A stretch of DNA of 64,000 nt from Octopus sinensis (taxonomy: Eukaryota), in assembly GCF_006345805.1 (NCBI RefSeq), contig NC_043016.1:29760001-29824000 (forward strand), in the 5' to 3' direction. The translations under genes were made by a program, and so were the position numbers. Each line of letters opens with the position of its first letter. The first letter of the stretch is position 1. Positions 1-12,254 of this stretch are shown in pieces. The notes beneath the pieces were generated by a model, which searched no databases, was not told the DNA's origin, and saw only the letters and a list, made by a program, of their open reading frames with translations.

Positions 1-99
1 AGAGAAGTAATAGAATTTTTGATATATGAACACGAGCCTCCATCGCATGGTCTCAGGAAACACCCAAGCATAGAATGTATTGATTAGATGATAAGCACA

Positions 100-320
100 C
101 AAGAGCCTCTGTCACACAGACTCAAGAGACGATGTACCATTTCAATTCAAATGACTTCAATTTCCGGCAAGTCTCTGTTTTGCCATGGCCTCAACAAATC
201 GCAAGGACAAACATTTTTGGTTACCTATTTACACTTTGAAGAACTCTGCTTCACCCGTGGTCAGCTTTGTGTTGAATGGTCAAGAGTAGGTAGTAAAAAA
301 AAATAAATGTGGTGCTACTT
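100..320 (+). mobile_element. Decayed Helitron (PIF1-like) helicase C-terminal fragment
   Basis: Translates across a stop and a frameshift as DVPFQFK*LQFPASLCFAM / NKSQGQT..LHFEELCFTRGQLCVEWSRVGSKK, matching the Helitron helicase end motif FP(V/I)RLxFAMTINKSQGQT..CFSHGQLYVAxSRV. Confidence 0.7.
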
Positions 321-1039
321 TGGTGTGTGATCTACAAAGGAGATTACTTTAGCTTACTTTTTAGTTTACTCTTCAATTTCAAAAACTCGTAAAATGTTGG
401 CCGAAGACTTTTTACAATGTGATCAGCAGTGAGACGAAGGCAGTTGCATTTTTACAAGAAACCAGCACTAAATTCACATCATTTCTTTAAAAAAACCCAG
501 AAAGGTGCCATTTTGGCATGTGATCTACAATTTAAAGGGAAATTACTTTAGGTTACGTTTTAGTTTACTTTGTGTTGATGCTACTTTCCTTGTGATCCAC
601 GTGAGAAAATTTACTTTGGTAGGTGATCTACATGCTTTTTTAAAATTATTTTATGGTTTTCTTATTATTAAAATAGTAAGAATTTTGAAAAAATATATTC
701 ACAATGCTAAATATCCACCAAATATTTTTAAAAGTAGCTTAAAGTAATCTCCCTTGTAGATTACATGCCAAAATAACACTGAAAAGTCTTTACATCTATA
801 AACCAAGGGGGAAAAGAAATTGTGTCTGGATCAAGAGACTTATCAGTCGGGGAACACATGGTCTGATATGAAGAAAAAGAGAGAAGAAAGAAAAAGAAAA
901 AGTAAATTTGAAATAAAGGAATTCTGTTGTGAAAATTGCCTGGTAATGACGGACTACTCACCTAATATTTATATAATCATTACAATTGATATATGTAGTG
1001 GTACATCATCATCATATTCATCATTTAACATCTGCGTTG

Positions 1040-1215
1040 AAAATACATAGAGTATAAGAAGATTTGTTTGTTTGTTTGTTTGTCTGTGGACAAGATATCT
1101 CAAGAACCGTTGGATGGATTCAGACAAGACTTTCAGGGTTAATCCTGAAAACTTTATCCAGAAAGCCTCACAGTGTACCTTTTGTTGTGTCTGTATTAAA
1201 AGATAGGCGCGCATC
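1040..1215 (+). mobile_element. Partial copy of a DINE/Helentron-like non-autonomous element
   Basis: Shares gtttgtttgtttgtc(t/c)gtggacaagatatctcaagaacc..ggatggattc..gaaactttcaggg with the fuller copies at 11921 and 26991. Confidence 0.45.
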
Positions 1216-1564
1216 TGCTTTTCACTGATTGAAAAGTGAAGGAAATGATTACTTAATGCACTTTGTATACTTTATGCAAAATTTTATAGACTTAATGCAC
1301 AGCACTCATAAAATAAATATTCACTTTTATTTTTCCATTTTTTTCTTCCATAAACAGAAAAAAATTACATTTTCAAATTTACATGGTCACAATTTTATAC
1401 CTAGAAAACAAAAATTTTATAGTAAAAAAATTATTTTATATGTAAAATATAGGAGGTCACAATTTCACGGGGTTAAAAATTGAATGCAGCATGGTATACT
1501 CTGAAAACCACATCGTTGGTAACTTATTAGCCAAGATGATGGGTCAGAGCCAATACACATTGCA

Positions 1565-1892
1565 GTTAGCATACACCTTTCAATCCAATACTTCTTTGCC
1601 GACTATGTTCTTCATGTAAGCTCTCCCTCTTCTTTTCCCTTGTTTGTCAGTGTTGATAACTTTAAACATCAGATAATTTGCGAACCCTTGAGAATGCAAC
1701 ATGTAGCTGACCAGGCAAGAGCAGCCCCACTTTATCAAATGTCTGCCCTTGTGATTTAGTGATAGTCATTGCATATGACAGGTGAATGGGAAACTGGTTT
1801 CTTTCTAAAGTGAATGGCAAGTTTGGGTTGCTTGGTACCAACTTCATTCTGGGAATGAGAACATGTTTCCCGACCAGTGTGCTTGGTACTTA
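1565..1892 (-). mobile_element. Helitron helicase C-terminal fragment (second, different family)
   Basis: VPSTLVGKHVLIPRMKLVPSNPNLPFTLERNQFPIHLSYAMTITKSQGQTFDKVGLLLPGQLHVAFSRV, then VINTDKQGKRRGRAYMKNIVGKEVLD*. Contains the PIF1/Helitron terminal helicase motifs; truncated upstream at about 1892. Confidence 0.8.
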
Positions 1893-2546
1893 TTGTGTTA
1901 ATAGAAAGAGACTTGATAAAAGTGTTTCTAGATAGCATGAGATAACGACATTGAATTTGGTCTATACTGCTAGCACACGTGGAAGAAGAATGTTCTTGTG
2001 TGAGAGAGGCCAGCGTTAACGCGATAGAGCAAAACTGCATGCCAGGAGTCCCTTAGAGAAGCGACTCAAGGAACTCGAGCAAGGAATGTTTGCTATATTA
2101 ATTTAAAGGTTCTGAGGTCACCAGCGTGGTGGTTTGTTGATACCACCACCTTAACGTCGTCCGTTGGTTATTAACTTAACAACTCGCTTTAAGATTATAA
2201 AGTTTTATTCACAGCAGTGTGGGTTACACATGAATTTATCTTATACAAGAGTTCTGTATAGAGATGTGTAGCATTTAATAGCGACGTCTCTAGTGTGTTA
2301 GCAGTAAACGAATGAAAGTGTGAAGACATTAGTTGTGCTTTGTGTTAATAGAAAGAGACTTGATAAAAGTGTTTCTAGTTAGCATGAGATAACGACATTG
2401 AGTTTGGTCTATACTGCTAGCACACGTGGAAGAAGAATGTTCTTGTGTGAGAGAGGCCAGCGTTAACGCGATAGAGCAAAACTGCATGCCAGGAGTCCCT
2501 TAGAGAAGCGACTCAAGGAACTCGATTGACCGTGGCTGCGGCTACA
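1893..2546 (-). mobile_element. LTR-like unit (2087-2546, TG...CA ends) with an adjacent 186-bp partial direct duplication (1893-2078 = 2340-2525)
   Basis: On the minus strand it starts TGTAGC and ends GCAAACA, has an internal AATAAA and is CpG-rich. The two 186-bp copies differ at 2 positions. No TSD or PBS seen. Confidence 0.4.
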
Positions 2547-2691
2547 TTATATAAGTGACAATCGAACGTAACAGAGTGCTTGTTCAAGGGAGCTAGTTAA
2601 TTCAGCCAATCACAGACTGAAAACTTACGGTGTCGTCTGAGCCTACTTGCGATCCAAAAATGCATGTTTTAAACAACTGTAAGTACAGACA

Positions 2692-4705
2692 TACCTTCTG
2701 ATTGACAGATTTAAAAAATAATTTTTTGTAACTAAACACTTTCAAATTTCGTATACTAGTAGAATGTGTCACATAAAACATCTTTTTCTCTTGGCGTTGT
2801 TGAGAAAATTCTGTATTTTGGAAGTTATTTCTTGTTAAAGTTGTCGTATTTCGGTAATTTCAACCAATTAATGACCCTAACCCTAAAACCTTAAAGCTAA
2901 AACCAGTACAAATGCACGAACGATGTCATAAATAAAGTGTCAAACGAAAAATACACAGCCGATAGCTGTTAAAATAATAATAATAATAATAATTGTGTAC
3001 AGTGCTCAGGTGCACTACAACTCATCTAAAGTGTATATATAATCAGGTGTAGTTTCGGCGGATTTCGGAAAGCATGAGGGCCTTAAAGGATGCAGTGTCA
3101 TGGCAGTCAACAACTGACGCAGGCAGTTTATTCCATGCTTCAGCAACTCTGAGCGTGAAAAAAATGTTTCCGAAAGTCGTGGGAGCTGTGTTGTTTTCTG
3201 ACTTTGTAGGCATGTCCACGTGTGTTAGACACATGGAGATCAAAAAGGTGTTCAGTGTTGTTGTTGGTAAGGTGGTTGATAACTTTGAAGCCGGAGCTTC
3301 AGTGAATCCATGCCCAGGGAAACAAGGTGCTCAGAATATGGTAGGTGTCTGATGTGTTTGGTTGCACGTCTCTGGACAGATTCCAGGAGGTCAATGTTCT
3401 GAACAAGATAGGGGTTCCAAACTGATGATGTGAATTCCAAGTGTGGTCGTACCATAGCTGTATACAGTTTTAAATAGATGGCTGGAGAGCGGCTAACAAA
3501 AGTCTTGCTGAGTGATGCCAAGACACCCTCGGCCTTCTTGACAATTTTAGAGATATGCTTTGTCCAACGCAAATCACTGCTGACAGTGATGCCTAGGTCA
3601 CGCTCGCAAGAGGATTTCTTGATATCAGTGTTGTGGAGGGAGTATGTGGACGCAGGGTTTTTTCTCCCAAAATGCATGGTGGTACACTTGTCCACAGCCA
3701 GTTTCAGTTGCCAGTCTGTGATCCATTGCTGTATTGTGTCTAGGTCTGATTGCAGGAAAGAGTTGTAGACATCAGGATCTGTCCTCTTGATTTCAAGGTA
3801 CAGCTTGATGTCATCTGTATATTTCAATACTGTGGCATTCTTTAAATTGGCATCTATGTCATTAATGTATGCCACAAACAAGAGGGGACCAAGGACAGAT
3901 CCCTGTGGTACACCCGATGACATCTCATATGGTGTAGAATGCTGTCCTAGAACTGTGACTACCTCCTTTCGGCTGAGAATGAAGGATTTCAACCAGTTAA
4001 AAAGGTCATCCCTCACACCCATTGCAGAGAGTTTCACCATAAGCCTTTTGTGTGGCACAGAGTTGAAAGCCTTAGCAAAATCAAGGTAAACAACATCCAC
4101 CCATGAGCCACTGTCAGTGATCTGAGTAATGTCCTCAAGGAACTCGACAAGCTGATCACTGCAGCTGGAGTTAGGGACAAATCCATATTGTGAGGGTCGG
4201 ATGAGACTGTGAGAGCTCCAGAAGTTCCAGAGTGTTTCTCTGACACACGATTCCATCAGTTTTGCAATACAGCTAGTGAGACTGACTGGGCGATAGTTGA
4301 CAGGTGATGTGCGGTCGCCCTTTTTGAACAGAGGAATGACACTGGCAGTTTTCCACTGCTCCGGAGTAGCACCATTGTTGAGACAGTACTGGAAGAAAAT
4401 AGAAAGCTGGTGTAAAAGGAAGTACCTGCCACGTTTGAGAAGCAGGTATGTAACTCCATTGAGACCAGGGGAGGCATAGTTGCGCTTAAACAACGGCAGT
4501 AATTTTATTCAGCTGAATACATGTCATTGATTGGTTTAAATTACCGAAATTTGACAACTTTAACAAGAAATAACTTCCAAAATACAGAATTTTCTCAACA
4601 ACGCCAAAAGTAAAAGATGTTTTATGTGACACATTCTACCAGTATACGAAGTTTAAAAGTGTTTAGTTGCAAAAAATTATTTTAAAACCTGTCGGTCAAA
4701 AGGTA
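2692..4705. mobile_element. TA-flanked element with ~182-bp terminal inverted repeats (2694-2875 and 4523-4703), interrupted by a CR1 LINE
   Basis: Left TA|ccttctgattgacagattt... is the reverse complement of right ...acctgtcggtcaaaagg|TA, and similarity runs the whole arm. A TA duplication is typical of Tc1/mariner-derived MITEs. Confidence 0.6.
2973..4493 (-). mobile_element. 5'-truncated CR1-type LINE with an open reverse-transcriptase domain and (ATT)n tail
   Basis: 413-aa ORF 3252-4493 with NYRPVSLTS, QYGF, VYLDFAKAFNSVPH, GVPQGSVLGPLLF and KYTDD. After a frameshift it continues as FFTLRVAEAWNKLPASVV (3043-3243). Short 3'UTR ends in an (ATT)n tail at 2973-2993. Confidence 0.92.
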
Positions 4706-5389
4706 AAGATACCAGACATGTTATAGTCGTTTTGCTGAACCGCTAGTTACGGAAAAACAAAGTTGGCCCCAGCTTCAGCGGAACTAAAACCCAGCACATA
4801 AGGACAGATGGAATGCCGCTAAGTATTTCGGCCATCATGCGAACGTTCCTGGCAGCTCGCTGCCTTAAAAAATAATTTTAAAAAATTAACTGTAAAGTTA
4901 TGTTAATAGTCCAAGGGCCACGAGTTTTATACAATGGATTTAAACTAATATATACGAAGGGGCATAAACAAACCAACACTGTCAGTGATAGTGGACAAAC
5001 GCAAAAACACAGACAGATAGATATAGATAATAGGCTTTCGGTTTCCATCCTCCTAATCCACTCAAAGTGCCGCGCTATGTGACTGACCCCGATCCCATGT
5101 TTTTAGCAGGCAAACTTACACAGCTACTCCCGAACCTATAATATTTTTTGACTATTTGTTGTTTTACATTTTCACTCCGCTCACTTACTTCTGTAAATTG
5201 TAGGATTTTTTAATTGATAAAGGACGAGTTATTATTTTTGTTTCTCTTAATTATGCCACTTCCTCAATGTTTAAAACGTTCAAATATATTGAAATTTTCT
5301 GATCTCTTAAAAACACCCTAGTAGAAAAAAACACGGCCTTCTTTGTGTGTAAAGAGTGATCTCCCTTGCAGCATAAACCATGACAATTT

Positions 5390-5616
5390 AGAAAAAATCG
5401 ATTTAGGCAGCATTTCAGGTCAATATACAATTTAAGATCCGGTCATGAGAAAAACAAAAAGTAAAACAAAACAAGAAAAAAAACCAGCCTACCAGGTGAA
5501 AAAAATTGGCAGAAAATGAATACAGAAACAAAAATTTGCGCAAAAGAACGGGATGAGGAGAGGACTTTCGGAAAATTCACAAGAACCGATTTTTCCCTCG
5601 TAACTTTAACGAAAAT

Positions 5617-5655
<39 letters not shown>

Positions 5656-7745
5656 AATGAAAGTTTATAGAAATACTATTCAAATGGCACAGATTACGAA
5701 TATAAAGAAATTTCAGGGGAAAATGTTTTCTGAAGGGGATTTCGAAAAATTCACATGATCCGGCTTTTTCCCTCATGACTTTCAGGAAAATGGATATCTT
5801 TTAATGAAATTTTACAGAAACACATTTCAAGTATCATAGATTACGATTATAAAGAAATTTGTGGGGAAAATGTTTTTCTGAAGGGGTGGGGAGAGGACTG
5901 TCCGAAAGTTCACACGATGTTTTTTTTCTTTCATAACTTTCAGGATCTAGTTTCGCTCCCGGTCACCAAAACGACACACACACACACAAGTGTAATAGGT
6001 GTACAAAAACATGTAGAAAAGAATATGAAAACAAAATTTTCCCCAACCGAACGGGGGTGGGGTGGGGAGAAGACTTTCGGAAAACACACGATCCGATTTT
6101 TTTCTCTCGTAACTTTCAGGAAAGCATTTCCCCCACATCTCTCTTTATAGTCGTAATCTATGCCGTTTGAAAGGTATTTCTGTAAAATTTCGTTAAAAGC
6201 AATCCATTTTCCTAAAAGTTATGAGGGAAAAAAATTGGATTGGGTGAATTTTCCGAAAGTCCTCTCACCCCCCACCCCGTTCATTTGCGTAAATATATGT
6301 TTTCATATTCGTTTTCTACACGTTTTTTTACACCCAATAGACTGGGTTTTTTCCTTTTGGTGACCGGGAGTGAAACTAGATCTTGAAATTATGAGGGGGA
6401 AAAAATGGATCGTGTGAACTTTCCGACAGTCCTCTTCCTACTCCTTCGGAAAACATTTTCTCCCACAAATTTCTTTATAATCTTAATCTATGATGTTTGA
6501 AAGGTGTTTCTGTAAAAATTCATTAAAAGATACCGATTTTCCTAAAAGTTATGAGGGAAAAAATTGGATTGTGTGAATTTTCCCCACCCCTTCGGAAAAC
6601 ATTTTCCCCTGAAATTTCTTTATAATTGTAATCTGTGCCATTTGAAAGGTATTTCTATAAAGTTTCATTAATATATATCCATTTTCCTTAAAGTTGTGAG
6701 GGAAAAATTGGATCTTGTGAATTTTCCGAAAGTCCTCTCCCCCCATCCCGTTCGTTTGCGAAAATTTCTGTTGCTTTCGTGACCGGGTTTTAAACTGTAC
6801 ATTGACCGAAATTTCTGGGGAAAATGTTTTCTGAAGGAGTAGGGAGAAGATTTTGGAAAATTCACACGATCCAGTTTTTTCCCTCATAACTTTCAGGAAA
6901 ATGGATATCTTTTGATGAAATTTTACAGAAACACCTTTCAAACATCATAGATTATGGGGGAAATGTTTTCCGAATGGATGGGGAGAGGACTGTCGGGATG
7001 TTTGCATGATCCGTTTTTTCTTTCATAAATTTCAGGATCTAGTTTAGCATCCGGTCATCAAAACGAAAAACACCCAGTCTATTAGGTGTAAAAAAAAAAC
7101 ATGTAGAATATGAGTATGAAAACAAAAATTTGCGCAAATATACATGTACACAGCTTCATCTTGGTTGATAATTATTTAACAGCAAAGATTCAAGAGAGGA
7201 AGGTATAACTTGGCTGCTTCTATGAAGAACCTGTGCAACAGACTTTCTTCAAGTTGAGAAGTTATAATTAAATATCTTGCAGATGTAAAATTCTATTAAA
7301 AGATATCCATTTTCCTGAAAGTTATGAGGTAAAAGAATCGGATCGTGTAAATTTTCCGAAATTCCTCTCCACTCACCCACTCCTCATTCAATTGCCCAAA
7401 TTTTTGTCTCATTTGTTTTCTACACGTTATTTTTTTTTTTATTTTTTTTGTCAGACCTGTTAGACTGTTTCTTTTTTTTCTTTATTGTTTTGGTGACTGG
7501 GCACTAAACTAGATCCTGAAAGATATGAGGGGAAAAAAACACGGATTGTGAAAACTTTCCGACAGTCCTCTTCCACCCCTTCAGAAAAAAATTTTCCCCA
7601 CAAATTTCTTTATGATCATAATCTATGCTGTTTGAAAGGTGTTTCTGCAAAATTTCATTAAAGGATATCCATCTTCCTGAAAATTATGATGGGAAAAAAA
7701 AAACAAACCAGATTGTGTTGTAGCATAGACTCTGAAATTCCTCTC
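5390..7745. repeat. Foldback-like modular repeat: ~150-bp units arranged in +/-/+/- blocks forming two large imperfect palindromes
   Basis: The unit ggaaaattcacacgatcc..tttccctcataactttcaggaaaatggatatc..gaaattttacagaaacacctttcaa..gattataaagaaattt..ggggaaaatgttttc recurs at 5560-6120 (+), 6130-6775 (-), 6795-7140 (+) and 7285-7740 (-). ORFs 5516+ and 6549- give near-identical translations. Confidence 0.75.
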
Positions 7746-7761
7746 TCCCATTTATTATATA

Positions 7762-8133
7762 CTAGCAGTATCGCCCGGCGTTGCTCGGGTTTGTAAGGGA
7801 AACAACTATAAAGCATTTTTAGAGAGTTATAGCCAAAAAATGGGAAAAAAATGATGGTAAATTTTTTTTTTAGTTAAAAAGGTCGACTTGCGTCCCCTAG
7901 ACAGTCTGTGGTTTGTGTTTCTGATTCTCGACCCCATGTCGAATTTATCGGTTTTTTTCAGAACTGGGGGAACTTTTCAAAATTTTCGCTGCGTTAGTTT
8001 TGAATTATGACATTGGGCTATGTGTGTGTCAAGTTTCATCAGAATCGGTTGAAAGCCGTGGTCAGGGTGAGGGTACGAGAAAACAGACACACAGAAACAC
8101 ACACAGACAAACTGCCGTTTATATATAGAGAGA
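7762..8133 (-). mobile_element. Complete non-autonomous Helitron
   Basis: 5' end A^TCTCTCTATATATAAAC, 3' hairpin CCCGAGCAACGCCGGG then CTAG^T; inserted in an AT target with no TSD. Confidence 0.8.
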
Positions 8134-8570
8134 TACATGCATTCGAGCATAGCAGGGAACAGCTAACCTTTGGCCGCTATTTGGATCCCGTTGTGTTCAC
8201 TACTCTAATTGGTTGGTATTGGTGCAATTTGTCTCTTACTTGCTGTGTTTAACCAGTCGGAGGCTCTAAATAGGATCACGTGGGACAACCTGTTTACTAC
8301 CCTGTTTGAACCTACAGCTCCTTATAAAAACTCAACTTTTCCTTGTTCCGAGGTCTTTGGTTCAGATCTAGTTGTTGCAATCATTCTGTTCTAGAGCAAC
8401 TTATAATTACATCGTTAACTGCAAAGTTTGTTTTTGAATTTGCTGCCAGCTTACAGGATTTGCTTATTTTATTTGCTGTGGTTTCCCACAAGGAAAACGT
8501 TGTTGAACATTTGTGTATTGAGAGAAAAAAAAAACAATAAGAAACATTAGGAAACTGTTATCCTCCCCTA

Positions 8571-8973
8571 AGGGCTGTGTGGTAAGTAGCTTGTTTACCA
8601 ACCACATGGTTCCGGGTTCAGTCCCACTGCCTGGCATCTTGGGCAAGTGTCTTCTACTATAGCCTCGGGCCAACTAAAGCCTTGTGAGTGGATTTGGTAG
8701 ACGGAAACTGAAAGAAGCCCGTCGTATATATATATATATATATATATGTGTGTATGTTTGTGTGTCTGTGTTTATCCCCCTAGCATTGCTTGACAACCGA
8801 TGCTGGTGTGTTTACATCCCCGTCACTTAGCGGTTCGGCAAAAGAGACCGATAGAATAAGTACTGGGCTTACAAAGAATAAGTCCCGGGGTCGATTTGTT
8901 CGACTAAAGGCGGTGCTCCAGCATGGTCGTAGTCAAATGACTGAAACAAGTAAAAGAGTAAAGAGTAGAGAGT
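8571..8973 (+). mobile_element. tRNA-derived SINE, family A, flanked by a 29-bp direct repeat
   Basis: Head ggctgtgtggtaag..ggttccgggttcagtccc, (TA)n/(TG)n middle, tail ..gactgaaacaagtaaaagagta. Flanks 8542-8570 and 8974-9002 differ at 2 positions. Confidence 0.85.
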
Positions 8974-9717
8974 AAACACTAGGAAACTGGTATCCTCCCC
9001 TAAAGGGGAAGGATTTGTGAACTTTTTGTTAATTTTTGAATAGTGTATCTGTTTGTTTTGGACTGTGTTCCTGTGTCAAAACATTTTGAAGCATTTGCTT
9101 TTGTTTAAATATATATATAATTATAATTAAGGGCACTGGAGGTACAATGCCAATATGCTAGAAGTAGATGTTGAATGTCTTCAAACCATGCTAAATTTGT
9201 TCTCCTTTTAGCACAGGACTGAATGCAAGGAAATGGGCAAGAAGGTTTATAAAATTTTGGACAGCTCTATATCTTAAGATTTCGTAATAAAAATTAATTT
9301 ATATTCATCAGCAGAATATACCAACCATATATAAGTAAAAAATATATATACATACCTATACCAATATATACATACACTTCCCACATATATATTAAGAGAT
9401 CTAATTGCCCATCTCAGCCATATGCTTATTGTCAGAATAGTACCGGAGTAAATATAATGACATGTATAAATTGAAGATATAATAATTAAATCATTTTAAT
9501 GATTATATCCTAATTTATACATACACACATTATATATATATGTGTGTGTCTGTGTTTGTCCCCCTAGCATTGCTTGACAACCGATGCTGGTATGTTTACG
9601 TCCCCGTCACTTAGCGGTTCGGCAAGAGACCGATAGAATAAGTCCTGGGGTCGATTTGCTCGACTAAAGGCGGTGCTCCAGCATGGCCACAGTCAAATGA
9701 CTGAAACGAGTAAAAGA

Positions 9718-9753
<36 letters not shown>

Positions 9754-9844
9754 CTCAGCAAAAGTATCAGGTTTTAAAAAAAGTACTGGGGTCAATTTTT
9801 TTGACTAAAATTCTTCAAGGCAGTGCCCCAGCATGGCCATGGAA

Positions 9845-10147
9845 TAACCATGGGATTGTACCAAAAAAATTACCCTTCAAGGTACAAGTTTGGACAAGGT
9901 TAGTTATGGAAGACCAGCAGTCACCCATGTATACTATCCTTCCACCTCCATGCCACCAATGTTATCCAAGGGAAAGGCAAAGGCTGATACCAGTTACATC
10001 ACAATTCATTTCTACAAATGAGTGAACTGGAGCAACGTGAAATAAAGTGTCTTGCTCAAGAACACAACACACAGCCCGGTCCGGGAATCGAACTCACTAC
10101 CTGGTGATTGTAAACCCAAAGTTCTAACCACTGAGCCATGCACCTTC
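9845..10147 (-). mobile_element. tRNA-derived SINE, family G
   Basis: Minus-strand head gaaggtgcatggctcagtggttagaac..gagttcgattcccggaccggg; the same family is at 32990-33325. Confidence 0.7.
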
Positions 10148-10324
10148 TGCATCGTCATATATATTATTTAACTGTAAAGTTACATCACTGGTCTAAGAAC
10201 TGCAAGTTTCATGTAATGAATTTAAGCTTATATATTGACATTCTTCCAGCAGGACTATACAAGAAAAGTCAATGAGTAATGACACCAAAATTATATCTTA
10301 GGGTGAAAAGTTACCTTAAAAGTA

Positions 10325-10680
10325 GAAATATGTGTGGCTGTATGGTAAGAAACTTATATCCCAATCACATGGTTTGGGGTTCAGTCCCACTGTGTGGCAC
10401 CTTGGGCAAGTGTCTTCTGCTTTAGCTTCAGGCTGATCAAAGCCTTGTGAGTGGTAGATGGAAACTGAAAGAAGCCCGTCATATATATATATATCTTCAT
10501 GTGTGTGTGTCTGTGTTGTCCCCACCGCCGTCACCTGACAAATGATGGTGTGTTTACATCCCTGAAACTTAGCGGATCGGCAAAAGAGGCTGATAGAATA
10601 AGTCCTGGAGATGATGTCTTCGACTAAAGATGGTGCTCCATCATGGCTCCAGCCAAATGACTGAAACAAGTAAAAGAATA
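10325..10680 (+). mobile_element. SINE family A (diverged)
   Basis: Same head, body and tail as 8571-8973. Confidence 0.75.
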
Positions 10681-11487
10681 AAATAATAATAAATGGAAGA
10701 TAGTCAGAATTAATATGGGAATAAGGCAGCAAGTCTCAGCACTTGTCAAACTCTGTATTCCATGTTCAGAATCCCGTCATGGCCAACATTGTCTCTCATA
10801 GTTTTGGAGTCAACAAAAAGTGAAACAATCAATGATTGTGAAATGGCAGAACTACTTGAGTGTCAGAAGAGATGCCCTGCGGTATTTGTTTCGGGTCTGT
10901 TTATTTTGACAGTAATGTCTGCAGCGACACTGGTGCCAAGGTATAACAGACTTTCATTGAAATAACATTGATGTGCTGCTGAGAGAGAAAACTTGAATGT
11001 ATGGGCAACTGCATATCTTCCTAACGAAAATCCTGCCTGGGCTTGTACACACATTGTAAGCAATGCCTGACAGGCCCCAAAATTACAATAATTGACTCAA
11101 TAAACCTCAAGAGGTTTTACACATAGGTGTTATTTTTTTCTTTTTCAGTCATGAAAGGAAGAGGGGAATAACCTTGACTTTTCTACATCATACTTTCAGA
11201 CTATTGTTTAGGTTCTATTACTGAAGGTTGATGTCTTTTGGAGGAAAATGTTGGTAGATGGGACACTCTACAAAACCACAGTTCTGAAGAAGAAGAATTG
11301 GATCAGATGCTCAGTGTCTAAGGCTTATGAAATGGCGATTTTAAAATAGTAAATGTTGTAACAAGTGATAACATACAATGTGCTTGTAACCCATTGCCAG
11401 CTAAATGTTTCTTAGATGTGGTCTGAGATTTTTGTATAAATAACAATAGCACTATCATATGTGTGATTGCAATATTACTATGTGGGG

Positions 11488-11920
11488 AAGGTGGTGAACT
11501 GACAGAAATGTTAGCATGCCGGGTGAAATGCGTAGCCGTATTTCGTTTGTCTTTACATTCCACCAAGGTTGGCTTTGCCTTTCATCCTTTCGGGTTAGAT
11601 AAATTAAGTACCAGTTGCATACTAGGGATGATCTAATTGACTGGTCCCTTCCTCCAAAATTTTGGGCCTTGTGCTTAGAGTAGAAAAGATTACTGTGTGG
11701 GTTTAAGGTAGTGAGCTGGCAGAATAATTAGCATGCCGGGCAAAATGCTTACCAGTGTTTTGTCTGTCATTACATTCAGAGTTCAAATTCAGCCAAGGTT
11801 GACTTTGCCTTTTATCACTTTTGGGGGTGATAAAATAAGTACCAATTGAATATTGGGGTCGATGTAATCTACTTACCCCACTCCCCAAAGTTGCAGCCCT
11901 TGTGGCAAAATTTGAAACCA
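11488..11920 (+). mobile_element. Two tandem SINE family B copies
   Basis: Head ggtgagctggcagaa..gttagca..ccggg..aaatgcttag, B-box gagttcaaattc, body gactttgcctttcatcctttcgggg..gataaattaagtaccag. Confidence 0.75.
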
Positions 11921-12250
11921 TTATTACCTCCGCCTTCGCCAAGGTGGAGGTATTGTTTTCAGTCATGTTTGTTTGTTTGTCCGTGTACAAGATATCTCAG
12001 AAACTGCTTGATGGGTTCGGATGAAACATTCAGAGATTTTTGGCCTTGTGGCTTGAACTGATTAGATTTTGGGATCGATCGAGTACCAGACAAGGATTCT
12101 GGATTATTTTTCCTAATTTTTTTACCTAATTCTTGAGAGCAGTCGAGTTTATTTCAAATATTCTCATTTTAAAAATCATTTCTGGCTAATTGTTGAAAGG
12201 AACATTGGTGTTGCTTTGGCAGAGGTTTGCACTCTCTGAGTGCTCTTGTT
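11921..12250 (+). mobile_element. DINE/Helentron-like non-autonomous element
   Basis: Starts with the hairpin ttacctccgccttcgccaaggtggaggta, has a (GTTT)n, and ends ggcagaggtttgcactctctgagtgctcttg; homologous to 26991-27315. Confidence 0.55.
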
Positions 12251-12254
12251 GTTA

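Noticed and set aside
2875-2905. Interstitial telomere repeat
   Set aside because: Only about two CCCTAA units plus degenerate variants inside a MITE spacer; too short to indicate a chromosome fusion.
3074-4479. Plus-strand and alternative-frame ORFs over the CR1
   Set aside because: Shadow frames of the RT coding sequence.
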